Positions 27,860-42,192 of a DNA stretch of 64,000 nt are shown piece after piece (the stretch's first letter is position 1; every line of letters starts with the position of its first letter). A model generated the notes under the pieces. The model saw only the letters and a list, made by a program, of their open reading frames with translations. It was not told where the DNA came from and ran no database searches. Both the position numbers and the translations under genes were made by a program. Origin of the DNA: the human T2T-CHM13v2.0 reference genome, Homo sapiens; the NCBI RefSeq assembly GCF_009914755.1, contig NC_060928.1, one strand, 5' to 3'.

Positions 27860-30800
27860 AAAAAGTACTATTAGATAGTGTTACTAAATATTAAAAGGAA
27901 CATTGTAAGAATTCTTACACATCTTATAGTGTGAGGAAAATATCCTCTTATTCTTAATTGTGTTATTTTAGACTTACTGCCTTTACATTTTAAACCTTTC
28001 CTGACACTTTTTTTTATTATGAATACATTAGTGTTATGTACTTTACCAAAATTATTGCTTTAGGGTAAAAACACTATTGAATAGTTTAGACTAAGGAATT
28101 TTGAAGGCTCATTAGTTTTGTTCATATAAATTGCCTATGAAATTAGGGATTCCTGAAAGGATAGTGGTATCTTTTGAGTCAATTGTGTTGTCAGAAATAA
28201 TAATAATAATAATAATAACTTCACAAGCCCATGCTTCGGATCCTAGCTCTGCAGCCATTCTGTGACCTCACAGGCGTTGGACCCTACAGTCACTGCTATA
28301 GAAGTCACATCTGCATCACAGACCTTAGAGCAATGGTTGCTCCACACAAACCCACATTCTGGACCCCGGTTCCATAACAGCTCTACATGTGCCAGTGCCT
28401 ACAACACAAGAGCCACTACTGCTTTAGAAGCACCCATGCCCTGGACCATACAGAAACTATAGGTATCCACATGCCTTTGTTTCAGACCCTGGCTTTCCAG
28501 CTGTTCCATAAGCATCTGTTCATTGCACATTGAGACCAACACTGGAGCCGGGGTGCCTGCATGTTAAGCACCAGTGCCACTGCCACCATGAACATAACCA
28601 TGAACCAAACCCAACACCAAGAGGGATCCCCTTGGCCATGACTTCCCACACGGGAGAACAAGAAATCAGGAGGGCTCCTACCACCTTCACCAACTCTTAA
28701 CCCAACAGCCCTCACCACCACTGTGGACATCTGCAGCCTTGGCCACTGAGGACCCTTGCAATCTTCAACGGATGGAAATACACAGAGACTATGCTTTTGT
28801 ATCTTCACTGGAGCTGGAATTGCTGCATCCCACCCATCAGTACCCTCATACCACCTGTAGGTGAAGGACTTTCCTCACAGAAAGTAGCCTGTAAATTCTG
28901 GAATAGGTGACTGCCCCAGCAAATATGCAGACATCAATGCAAGACAAGAAAAGCAGAAAACATCAAGAAAACATGACACTACCAAAGGAAAACCATAATT
29001 TCCAGTAGCCAGTCTTCCATAATGGAGATCTACAAATTGTCACAGAAAGATTTCAAAATAAATGCCTTAAGAAAGCTCAAGCTACAAGCAGACTCAATGA
29101 TATCAAGAAAACAATACATGAAAAAAATGGGGTAAATAAAGAGATATAAATAATTTTCAAAAACAATAAAACAAATTCTGAAGCTGATGAATACAATGAA
29201 TGAAATGAAAAAAATACAACAGTGACAAAGCAGACTTGATCAAGCAGAAAAAAAATTTGCGAGCTCAAAGACAGGTAATTTGAAATTACCCAGTTAAAGG
29301 AAGAAAAAGAAAAAAAGAGTGAAAATGAGTGCAGAAAGCCTATAGGATTTATGAGATACCATCAAGCAGCCCAATTTACACATTATGATAATGTAAGGAG
29401 AAGAGAGAGAAAAAGAAATAATATTTAAAGAAATAGTGGCTGAAAATTCCTGAAATCTGAGGAAATATATATACATCAGGATACATTAAGCGCAAAATTT
29501 CCCAAACAAATTTAACTCAAAGAGGTCTCCACTGAGGCACATTATAATAAAATTTTTAAGTATCAAAGAAAGAGAGATTTTGAAAGCATCAAGAGAAAAG
29601 AGACTCTTCACATAAAGGGGAAATTTCATTAGACTACAGATGATTTCTTAGCAGAAACTTTTCAGGCCAGAAGAATAGGCTGATAAATCCTAAGTGCTAA
29701 AATAAGAAGAGAAAAACTACCAAACAAGAATACTTTACTGAGCCAATCTGTCCTTAAGAAATGAAGAAGAGATAAAGACTTTCCCAGACCAAAAAACAAA
29801 CAAACAAACAAAAAACAAATGAGGGAGTCTGTTACCACAAGACCTGCCTTACAAGAAAGTTCTCCATGCTGAAATGAAAAGACTTTAGTAAGATGAAAAT
29901 ATAAGAAAATATAAAAATCATTAGTAAAAATAAATACATAGTCAAATTGAAAATATTCAAATACTATAATAGTGATAGGTAAATCACTCTTAACTGTGGT
30001 ATAATGGTTAAAAGACAAAAGTATTTTTTAAAACTATAGTTAATTTTTCAATAAACATACATAATAAAAATATGTAAACTGTGAGATCAAGAAACATAAA
30101 ATATATTTAGGGGGAGTGGAGGAAAGAAAGGGCAGAGTTTTTGTATGTGATTAAGGTTAACTTGTTATTAGTATAAAATAGACTGTTATAAATCTAATGT
30201 GTTTTGTGTTAGCCTCCTGGTAATTGCACAGGAAAAACCTATAGTAGATACAGATAAGATAAAGAGTAAGGAATCATCAGATATCACTACAGAAAATCAA
30301 TAACAAAGGAAGTGTACAAGAGAGGAAGAAAGAAGCAAAAGAACTACAAAAGAGACAGACACAATTGAAAAAAGGCAATAGTAAGTCCATGCCTATCAAT
30401 ACTTACTTTAAATATAAATGGATTAAATTATTCAATCAGAAGACATAGAGTGGATAAAAATAAACAAATGTGCACATATGCACACACCCACACAAACCAA
30501 ACTATATGCTGCCTACAAGAGACTCACCTCAGCTTTAATGACATTTATAGGTCAAAAGTGAAGGGATGGAAATGGAAATGGAAACCAAAACAATGGAGAG
30601 GTTGCTATACTTACATCAGACAATACAGACTATAAGTCCAAAACTGCCACAAGAGACAAAGAAGGTCATTATAGACAGACAAAAGAATCAACAAATCCAG
30701 AGTATATAACAATTGTAAATACATACGCACACAACATTGAGGCACCTACATATATAACATAAATATTACCAGAACTAAATGGAGAAATACACAACACTAC

Positions 30801-31447
30801 AACAAATAGTAGGTAAATTCAACACCTTCACTTTCAACAATGAACATACTTTCCAGAAACAAAATTAATAAACACATTGGATTTGAACTACACTCAGACC
30901 AACTGTCCTAACAGACATATGCAGAACACTCCATCCAACAGTAACTAAATACACATTTTTTTCAAGTGCACATTAAACATCCTCCAGGACAGATCATAGT
31001 TGAGGCAAAAAAAAAAAAAAAAAAAAAATAGGCCATAGCACAGGTAAAAAAATTGAAATCATATCAAGTATTTTTCCAACCACATGATATGAAACTAGAA
31101 ATCAACAATAAGAGAAAAACTAAAAATTTACAAATATGTGAAAATTAAACAACACACTCCTAAACAACAAATGAGTCAAAGAAGACATCAAAAGGGAAAT
31201 AAAAAGATTGTAAAACAAATAAAAGTAAAACATACCAAAACTTATGGGATGCAGCATAAGCAGTACAGGAAGTTTACAGTAATAAACACCTATATTAAGA
31301 AAAAAGAAACATCTCAAATAAATAACCCAACTTTACACCTTAAGAAATTAGAAAGAACAATCTATACTTAAAATCAGCAGAAGAAAAGAAATAATAAAGA
31401 TCAGAGCAGAAATAAATAGATACTTAAAAAACAATGTAAAGGATCAT

Positions 31448-31745
<298 letters not shown>

Positions 31746-33856
31746 TTAAGAAAACTAATACATGTTTTTTGAAAAATTTAAAAAATTAACAAACTTTCAT
31801 TTAAATTAACTGAGAAAGAAAGAGAGAAGACCCAAATAAATAAAAGTACACATTAAAGAGGAGGCCTTTAAATGATATCACAAAGACACAAATTACTGAA
31901 AGAGACTATTATGAACAATTATATACCAACAAATTTGATAAGCTAGATGAATTTGGGTAAATTTCTAGAAACACAAAACCTACCAAAACTGAATCATGAA
32001 GAAATAGAAAACTTGGACAGACTAATAATAACTAAGGAAATTTAACCAATAATAAAAAATCGCTCACCAAAGAAAAACCCAGGACCTGATAAAATTTACT
32101 ATTTGGTAGACCTCACTGTTGAATTCAACAGTGAATTCTACTGAACATTTAAGGAGAATTAATGTAAGTCACTTTCAAATTCATCCAAAAAATTGAAAGA
32201 TAAAGAAAATTTTAAACTAAGGCTAATATTAAGGTATTAAGGCTAATATTACCTTAATACCAAAGCCAGATAAAGACACGAAAATATAAAATTACAGGCC
32301 AATATCCCTGAGGAACACAGAGGCAAAAATCCTTAACAAAATATTAGCAACCTGAATTTAACAGCATTAAAAGGATCACATACCTTTATCAAGTGGTATT
32401 TATCTCTGAGATGCAAGGATGGTTCAACATACCAAAATCAATAAGTGTGATACACATTAACCATATGAAAAGTAGAAATCATATGATTATCTTATAGATG
32501 CAGAAAAAGTATTTAACACAATTCAACATTGTTTCATGATAAAAGCTCTCAACAAATTGGATATAGAAGAAATGTATCTCAACATAACACAGTTTATATG
32601 TAACAAGCTCCAAAATAACCGTATACTCAGGAGTGAAAAGGTGGAAGTTTTTCCTCAATGATCAAGAACAAGGTTGCCCACTCTCACCACTTCAACTTAA
32701 CATAGTACTAGAAGGCTTAGTTAGGGCAATTAGGCAAGAAAACAGAAAAAAAAAAAGGCATCTAAATTAGAAAGGAAGATGTAAAATAGTCTCCTGTTGC
32801 AAATGATATGATCTATATATAGATAATCCTGAAGACTCCACCAAAAACACTGTTAGGACTAAGAAACAATTTCATTAAGGTTTCAGGATACAAAAGCAAC
32901 ATACAAGAGGTAGTAATATTTCTATACACTAACTGAAACTGCTTGAAAAATAATTTTTTAAATTCCATTTAAAATAGCATCAAAAATAATATATTTGGAA
33001 ATAAATTTAAACAAGAAGGTGAAAGATCTGTACACTGAAAACTATAAAACTTTGATAAAGGAAATTGAAGAAGATGCAAATAAATAAAAAGATATTCCGT
33101 GTTCATGATTTGGAAAAATTGATGTTGTTAAAATATCTACACTATCCAAAGCAATCTATAGACTCATTGCGTTCCATACCAGAATTTCAATGACATTTTT
33201 CACAGAAATAGAAAAACGATTCTAAAATTTTTATGGAACCACAAAAGACCCCTAATAGCTAAAGCAATCTTGAGCAAGAAGAACAAACCTGGAGGTATTA
33301 CACTTTCTGATTTCCAATTATGTTACAAAGATATAGTAATCAAAACAGTATGGTATTGGGATAAAAATTAGACATATAGATCAATGGAGCAGAATAGAGA
33401 GCTTAGAAATAAACCCACACATATGTGGTCAACTAATTTTCCACAAAGGTGTCCAGAAAAAACAATGAAGAAAATACAGTGTTTTCAATAAATTATGTTA
33501 GGAAAACTGGACATCCACATGCAAAAGAATGAAATTAGACACTTATCCTACACCATATAGAAAAATCAACTCAAAATGGAGTAAATAATTAAACTTAAGA
33601 CCCAAACCCTTCAACTTCTAACAGAAAATACAAGGGAAAAACTCCTTGATATTGGTTCTGGCTATATATGTATTTTTTGGTTACAACCCAAAAGTTTCAG
33701 GCAACAAAAGCAAATATAATAAGTGGTACTACAAAACACTGAAACATGTTTACACAGCAAAGAAAACAATCCAGAAAATGAAAAGGTGACCTACAGAATG
33801 GGGGAAAATAGTTACAAACCAATTATCTAATAAGGGGTTCATATTCAACATATGCG

Positions 33857-34583
33857 ATAGCCCCTCAACCCCCATCCATAGTTTCACTTTCCATGGTTTC
33901 AGTTACCCATGGTTAACTGCAGTCTGAAAATATTAAATGGGAAATTCTCAAAATAAACAGTTTATAAGTTTTAAATTAGCATGATGAAATCTCACTCTGA
34001 CCTGCTCCATTCTGTCTGGGATGTGAATCATCTTTTTGTCCAACATATCCATGCTGTATATGATATTCATCTTTTAATCATCCACATGGCCTGCTCCTGA
34101 CATCCAACCAGTAACATTATCATGGCTCAAAGATCAGGAACACCCACAGCAGATGATCCTCCTTCTGACATATGATCAGAAGATCAATAGTAGCCTAATG
34201 CTACATCACAATGCCTGCATTATTTACCTCACTTCATCTCATTAGGTAAGCATTTTATCATCTCACATCATCATAAAAAGGGTGAATGCAGCGCAATAAA
34301 ATATGGGCCAGGCATGGTAGCTCACACTTGTAATCCCAGTACTTTGGGAGGCTGAGATTGGTGGATCACTTGAGCCCAGGAGTACTAGACCAGCCTGGCC
34401 AACATGGCAGAACCCTGTCTCTACAGAAAATACAAAAATTAGCCAGGCATGGAGGAACATGCCTGTAATGCTAGCGACCTAGGAGGCAAAGGTGGGAGGA
34501 TCGCTTGAACCCAGAAGGCAGAGGTTTCATTGAGCCCAGATCATGCCACTGCCCTCCAGCCTGAGTGACAGAGTGAGACTCTG

Positions 34584-34618
<35 letters not shown>

Positions 34619-34856
34619 AGAGACCATATTCCATATTCCCATAATTTTAATTACAGTATATTGTTATAACTGTTCTACTTTACTGTTAGCTATTGTTCAT
34701 CTCTTACTGTCCCTAATTTATAAATCAAATTGTATGGTAAGTATGTATGTATAGAGAAAAAAGCATAGTGTATACAGAGTTTGGTACTATCTGCTGTTTC
34801 ATGTATCCACTATAGGTACTGGAAGATATACCCCCAGAAAAGTAGAGACTACTCTA
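33857..34856 (+). mobile_element. MER44/Tigger7-family DNA transposon with nested Alu
   Basis: ttcactttccatggtttcagttacccatggttaactgcagtctgaaaatattaaatggg start and ggaagatatacccccagaaaagtagagactact end; interrupts L1 ORF2. Confidence 0.75.
34306..34615 (+). mobile_element. AluJb-like
   Basis: ggatcacttgagcccaggag, ggtgggaggatcgcttgaaccc; long poly(A). Confidence 0.9.
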
Positions 34857-35352
34857 TAAAGAACATATATAACCCAATAGCAAATAAAGCAAATAGCCCA
34901 ATAAAAATATAGGCAAAGGAGCTCAATAGACATTTTTCCAAAGAAAGCCATGCAGATGGCCAACAGGAATATAAAAATGTGCTCGGTGTTACTAATCCTC
35001 AGGAAAATGCAAATTAAAACAACAATGAGATATCTCATAGCATTCAATAAGACAGTTATTATCAAAAGTCAAAAGATCACAAGTGTTGTTGAGGGTATGG
35101 AGAAAAGGGACCCCTTGTACACTGTTGGTGGGAATTTAAATTGAAAACAGTATGGAAGTTTTTCAAAAAATTAAAAATGCAATTACCATATGATTCAGCA
35201 ACCCCACTTCTGGGTATATACCCAAAGGAAATAAAACGACTATCTCAAACAGATCTATGCACTCTCATAGTCATAGCAGCATTATTCATGGTCGCTAAGA
35301 TACAGAAACAATCTAACTGTCCATCCACAAATGAATGAATAAAGAAAATGTA

Positions 35353-35355
<3 letters not shown>

Positions 35356-35391
<36 letters not shown>
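35356..35391. repeat. (TA)n microsatellite
   Basis: About 18 TA units. Confidence 0.95.
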
Positions 35392-35393
<2 letters not shown>

Positions 35394-36750
35394 GAAATAT
35401 TATTTAGTCTTACAAAAGAGGGAAATCTTTACAACACAATGGATGAACCAGGACATCCTGCTAATTTAAATAAGCCAGGCATAGAAAGACAAATAAATAT
35501 TGCATGATCTCACATGTGAAATATAAAAATGAATAATTAAATAAACTTATCACCTCACTTCATTCCTATTTTTCTGTATGTGGTAAAAACATCTCAGATC
35601 TATCTATTCTTTTAGCAAATTTCAAGTATACAACACCTTATTATTAATTTATAGTCATCATGCCATACACTGGTATGCAAAACTTATTTACCTTAAAGCT
35701 TGCATCTTTTGACCACCATCTCACACCACACACAGAAAAAGTAGGTATGAGGTGAGGTGATGGATATGATAGTTTTATTGTGGTAAGAATTTCACAATAC
35801 ATAAGTATATCAAAGCATTATATTGTATATTTCAAATATACACAATTTTGTCAATTATACCTCAATAAAGCTGGAAAAAAGAAATCTAATAGCTCCACTT
35901 AAATGATGTTCAGCTTCAACGACTTTGTTTGCCAAAAAATTTTGTTAAAAGGTGTTACAGTAATAATCATCTTCTTTAAAATGAGCACTAAAACTCAGAA
36001 AATTAATATAGATGTACATAAAATAATGTCAATTTCTTAAATCCTAGAGCATTTGGTTTTTAAAACAAGAGCTGTGATTTCTATTTTGATTGGGGCTCTG
36101 ATAAAAGTCAGCCAGATTCATTTGCTGCATAAATTACTCACAGATCATTAACAGAAGTTTTTTCTGCAGCTGCAATAACTCATCCAGGCTGTTACAGAAC
36201 TATGTAACTCACTGCAGGCAGAACTTCCTAAATGTCAACTTAGGAACCAAAGAGGTTTCATGGATCTATATGAAGCTTTAGTACCATCCTGGGTTTTGAA
36301 CACAGACACTCCACAGACCTGTGACTGTATTTACAGTAGCATAATGATTCAGTTGCTATCTAACATCTAATCTCCAGCCTCTAAATATGCCACAAATGCC
36401 ACTGTTCACTGCTTATGTGCTAGACTTGCCCACCTTGTCTCATACCTACTTTTAACTACTCTTCTTTATGCTTCTCCCCATAATTTTATGCTAGGCAGTC
36501 ACCTCCATTGGAAATATTTAGAAAGAGCCAAAAATATATTTAAATGTAAGAAACTCAAGGAGGAATGCACAATCAAGGAGGAATTATGAGGAAATGAGTA
36601 GGGATGCAAATAATTCACAGGGTACTAAATATTCTTCCATCTTCCAATTTCCCTTTATGGTACTTTTCCATATTCATCCTCAACTTGAGCTTCCAAGATA
36701 ATAATGCAATAGCAATTCATATCCCTAGATTATCCACAGATAAAATAGAC

Positions 36751-38720
36751 TGTAGCAGCTGCTGTCCTCTGCCCAGGTCCCCCTTCAGTCTTCAAGGATG
36801 TAGTCCCTCAGCTGCGTAGAGTGCTATGGCTGACAGTCCTCAATGATCACCTCTCTCTTGGAATTGCCTGTTGGTGGAGAGAGCTGCCTCTCTTGATGTC
36901 ACAATCCTTTCCTAAGGGAAATCTGTTTCCAATGCCTGTTGAGGAAGCTTGGCCCCTCACTCACTCAGGTGCAGCTTTCAAAGACAGCTATGAGGGGGAA
37001 TTCTCTCAGTGTGCAGGGCTTCACGCACTACACTTGGTCATCAAATTCATGTTGAAAGAGATGCAGCCTCAGCCTCAGTTTGGAATATACACAGACGGGT
37101 AGGTGCTGAAGGGCACAGACAGATCATCAGAGGCCTAGTGGGAGAGAAATTAGGAGATCATAGACAAGGATATCTGGAGTAGTGTTGTGTAGATGACACT
37201 ATGGGAGAAGACACAATGTGGGAAGATCTTTCAGTTGCAGGTTAACACCTACCAGAAATCATCTATTTTGGAAGAGGCACTAGACAGCCAAGTAGATGGA
37301 CTGACTCAGCCACTTGATGCCAGCCAGTTTCTGTCATTGGCCATTCCAGTGCTGCTGAAATGAACACATGAAAAGAGTAGCTTTAGTGTCAGAGATGTTA
37401 GGTTATGCTCGGGCCCAACAGCATGGGCTCCCATTCATCAAAGCTGGTCTAGCTCCAGGTGCTGCCGAACAGCAAACTTGCCAGTAACAAAGATGACATC
37501 TTCATCCCCAATATTGCATCATTTCTTCAGGAGATCATCCCATCACTAAGCGGCAAGTTCACCACAGTCTACTTCTTTCATCTTGCCAGGGTCAGTGGTT
37601 CATTTTTGACAGTAACAAATTCTGAACATGAATTTGCTTTTTCTGTCCCCATGGTTTCAGGCAACACTGTTATCTGAATGCTTGCAGAGTGTCAGATCCA
37701 ACAACAGCAATTTCACTTATAATTATGTCAGGCAGAGGGACAAACCTTAAAACCAAGCAGGTCCATCAGTGGGTCCATAATGACAGGATCTGCTGGTCAT
37801 ATCACAAGCCACACCACTCTATTGCATCAACCTGATAGAGTGCTGAAACAGCCTGTTGAAACACAACGGAGGTGTAGGCCCAGACATGCTTCCCTGTGAG
37901 AATGAGACAGCACTCTCCAGGACATAGCATCTATCCTGAATCAATGAGCATTCGCGGGCTCTGGGTTCCCGATAAACAGAATACATAGATGAGAAACCAA
38001 AGTCTAGAAGCAAGAGTGGCCTCTGTTACCAACATTCCCAGTGACCCACTGGAGAATTTGTGCTTCTTGTTCCTGCAACTCTGGGGTCTGTGGGTTTAAA
38101 GATCTTGGTTCCCAAAGGAAGAACATTTCTGCCATGAACACATCATCATTTCCCTTGAATCTAAGCTGTGGTAGCTTCCTGGACACATTAAATTTCTCAT
38201 GGCAAAGGACAAAAGGACAAGAAAAGCAGTCACCATCCTAACAGAGGTAATGGATTCTGGCCCTCCTTTATGCCCCACCTCAGGAGGAGGAGCTGCTGCT
38301 ACAGGGAGGAATATGCTGGCAATCTACCTTTGGAAAGTCCTTGACCAATTGTTTCGGTAAATGGACAAGTGTAGCGGCCCCAGCCTGAGGCAGGTATAGT
38401 GCCCAGGGTTTCATGCCAGTAGATGACCCATCCAGAAGAGCAGAGGTGATGTCTGAGGGTGAGTAGAATCTAGGATGGACAGTAGAAGAGGGAGACTGTG
38501 TACTAATTGTGGGTCTTGAGACAAAATGCAGTGGTCAGGCCTGTAATTTTCCTTCAGGATGCTCACTGGAATCCCTGGAGAGGCTACCCCAACATTTAAG
38601 TAAAGAAGCAGAACAAGTACAGCAGGGAATGAGCTATAGTAGACATAGCTGAGCTGCCCAGATTCTCCCGCAGGATTGAAGGGCCTGTTCCTCCCCTTTC
38701 TCCTCCTGGCACTGGTAGAT
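36751..38720 (+). mobile_element. LTR16-type LTR pieces flanking an ERV3-16A3-like (ERVL) internal remnant
   Basis: cccaggtcccccttcag at the 5' end and cccagattctcccgcaggattgaaggg at ~38655 resemble the LTR16 start; internal RNase H-like IYTD motif and integrase-like remnants. Confidence 0.65.
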
Positions 38721-39199
38721 ATCAGCCCAGAGATGTGCAGTGTACTCTGAGCACCTCGAGTTTGGGGCTTGACTTACAGTGCCATGGTGCTTAACACACT
38801 TGAAGAGAGGGTGAACGACTGTGTGATAGAATGACTGTTTTAATTACAGCGTAGCAGGGTGTTGACTCTTCTCTTTTGGCTTTGAGACAATGTTCTTGTT
38901 CAAGTCATGAAGTCACCTGTCTTTAGAATCACTAAGACTTGGTCCAAGATAACTTAGTTGACTCAAACACTACATTAATCATGTTATGTGACCTATGAAA
39001 TAGTCTGCTGGAAAGCAAATTATGTCATTTCATTAAATCATCTTATCAGGGATGACCACAAAACCCATGAAATAAGCCACTTTTTCTTAATTTCTTTCAT
39101 AGATTTCATATTATTCATAAACAAATTTTTAAGAAAGTAATTTAATTTGGGTACAAAAATAATTATATATTAAGATACACTGGATTTTATGTTATGATT

Positions 39200-39610
39200 G
39201 GAAAGTCATATTCATCTGGACGCATTTAGGTAGCAGCTGTAGGATCTTATGTAAGTTTCTGAACTTTTCTGTATTTTAATTTCTGGGCCTTGTTTGTTAA
39301 ATATACCTTCCTTTTAAGGTTGATGTGAAAATTATATGAGTCAGCAAGGCACTTAAAATGTGCTTGACACAGAGTAAGCCGTCATGTTATTATTATTTTT
39401 GAATGCCTATCGTATGTCAGAGACAATAAGAAGGTTTCTCTTGGATAATTGCTTGTACACACATCATCTCATTTAATCCACACAATAACCCTAATGTATA
39501 GCTGTTCTTCATGTTACTTATGAGGAAAATGAGGGCCAGAAAAATGAAGCAATCGGCTCAAGGTCACACAGCTAGATAGTGGCCATGCTAAGGCAGCAAA
39601 GGTCAAAGCT
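39200..39610. mobile_element. Two MIR fragments in opposite orientation
   Basis: ggttgatgtgaaaattatatgag..gtgcttgacacagagtaag (+) and atctcatttaatccacacaataaccct..gaggaaaatgagggccaga..caaggtcacacagcta (-). Confidence 0.65.
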
Positions 39611-39808
39611 AGAAGAAACAATCCTGTAGGTACCTTAGCAATTCTTCACAGTCTTTCTTTTCTTGGCTTTATTATGACTCTTTCCATCTGGCCATGTCAT
39701 CTGTTTGGCCTATTCTCCAGAAGTCAAGAGATTAGATCTGAATCTCAGCAGTCTTGTCCTTGATGCAATAGAGAGCTGAAATCCTCTCTCAGAATACATA
39801 TCAATATA

Positions 39809-40194
<386 letters not shown>

Positions 40195-40295
40195 TTACCT
40201 CTCAAATATTGCTCTCTGAATATTTTTTGTTGAATTCAAAGAAGTTTGCATGCTTTTATCCATTCGAGAACAAAATTTTCTGCAAATACACCTGA

Positions 40296-40718
<423 letters not shown>

Positions 40719-41420
40719 CATTTTTATATCATAAAATAAAGCTACATATTTATTTACCTATACTTTTCAAAGTATTGTCACATAGTTATTCTATCTAAAG
40801 CAAGACTTAACTTTCAATGTTCAATTAAATCATTCACTGCATTGTGTTTATTTAACATTATATCACCATTGGTTCACATTGTATGTCCTCCTTTGAACTG
40901 AGTCAAATATTAACAGTAAAAAGTTATCTTTTTGATAAAAGTTTTAAGCACACTAAATAGGAAATTTATAATGAATCTCAGTTATAGATCTGTTAAAATA
41001 TGTTTTTAAAGGTATATTTCAAGTTTTCTATCAGAGAATATAGCAATCTGATGAGAGATATCTAGTGCCTCTTTATTAATAGAAAATGACTGAAGCTTAG
41101 TCTCACTCTTGATAAAATCATAAATAATTTTTTGAAAACCACATACAGATAATAATGAATGTCTACATTTATAAGAAGTAGAATAATGTTTTGTTATATC
41201 ATCATCTATTAGAAACATAAAATTTTTTAAACTACAATAACTGTAGGTCCATGGACTGAGTTGAATTATTTCATTAGAAAATAATTTTAAAAGAAAGCCG
41301 ATTCACTTATCAACATAAAGTATTGTGAAATGGAGTTAATATCTTACTTGTAATATTTCTAGACTTTTTAAAAGGGCTAATATTAAAAGAGAAAGAGAGA
41401 GAGAGAGAGAGAGAGAAGCT

Positions 41421-42192
41421 TGATTAGCCATCAGGGAAATGCAAATACAAACCAAAATTAGATACCACTTCACACCGAGCGTGAAGTGAATGGCTACAGT
41501 AGAAAAGACAGACAATCACAAGTACTGGTGAGGATGTGGTGAGATCGGACCCCTCATGTTCTGCTGGTGTGTATATAAAATGTGCAACTTCTTTGGAAAA
41601 CAGTCTGGCAGTTCCCCACACAGTTAAACAGAGTTACCACATGATCAAGCAATTTCACTCCTAGGTGAATACCCAAGAAAAATGAAACCATGTGTCCACA
41701 TAAAAGTCTGTACACAAATGTATACAGCAGCATTATTCATATAGCCCCAAAGTGGAATCAACCCAAGTGTCCGTCTGATGAAGGGACAAACAAATGCCCT
41801 CATTCATACTATTAAATGGAATACTATTCAGCAATAAAAAGGAATTCAGTACAGATACTTGTTACAACGTGAATGAATCTTGAAATCATGTTAAGTGAAA
41901 GAAGATAGTCACCAAGGATGGCTGTATGATTCCACTTATAACAAATGTACAGAATAGGCAATTTATAAAGACAGAAGCTAGATAGGTGATTACCCAAGGC
42001 TGGTGAAATGGGGAGATTTAGGAGCCCTGACTGAGTGCAGAATTTATTTTAGAGATCATAAAGAGTGTTTTAAAATTGACTGTGATGATGGCTGTACAAC
42101 TCTGTAAATATGCTAAAAATAATTAAATTGTATTTTATAAGTGGGTAAATTTTGTGGTGTGAAGATTATATCTTAACAAAGTTGTTAAAAAA
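41421..42192 (+). mobile_element. L1MB 3' end
   Basis: cattagccatcagggaaatgcaaa-like start, aaacagtctggcagttcc, 3'UTR gatggctgtacaactctg...tatcttaacaaagttgttaaaaaaa. Confidence 0.85.
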
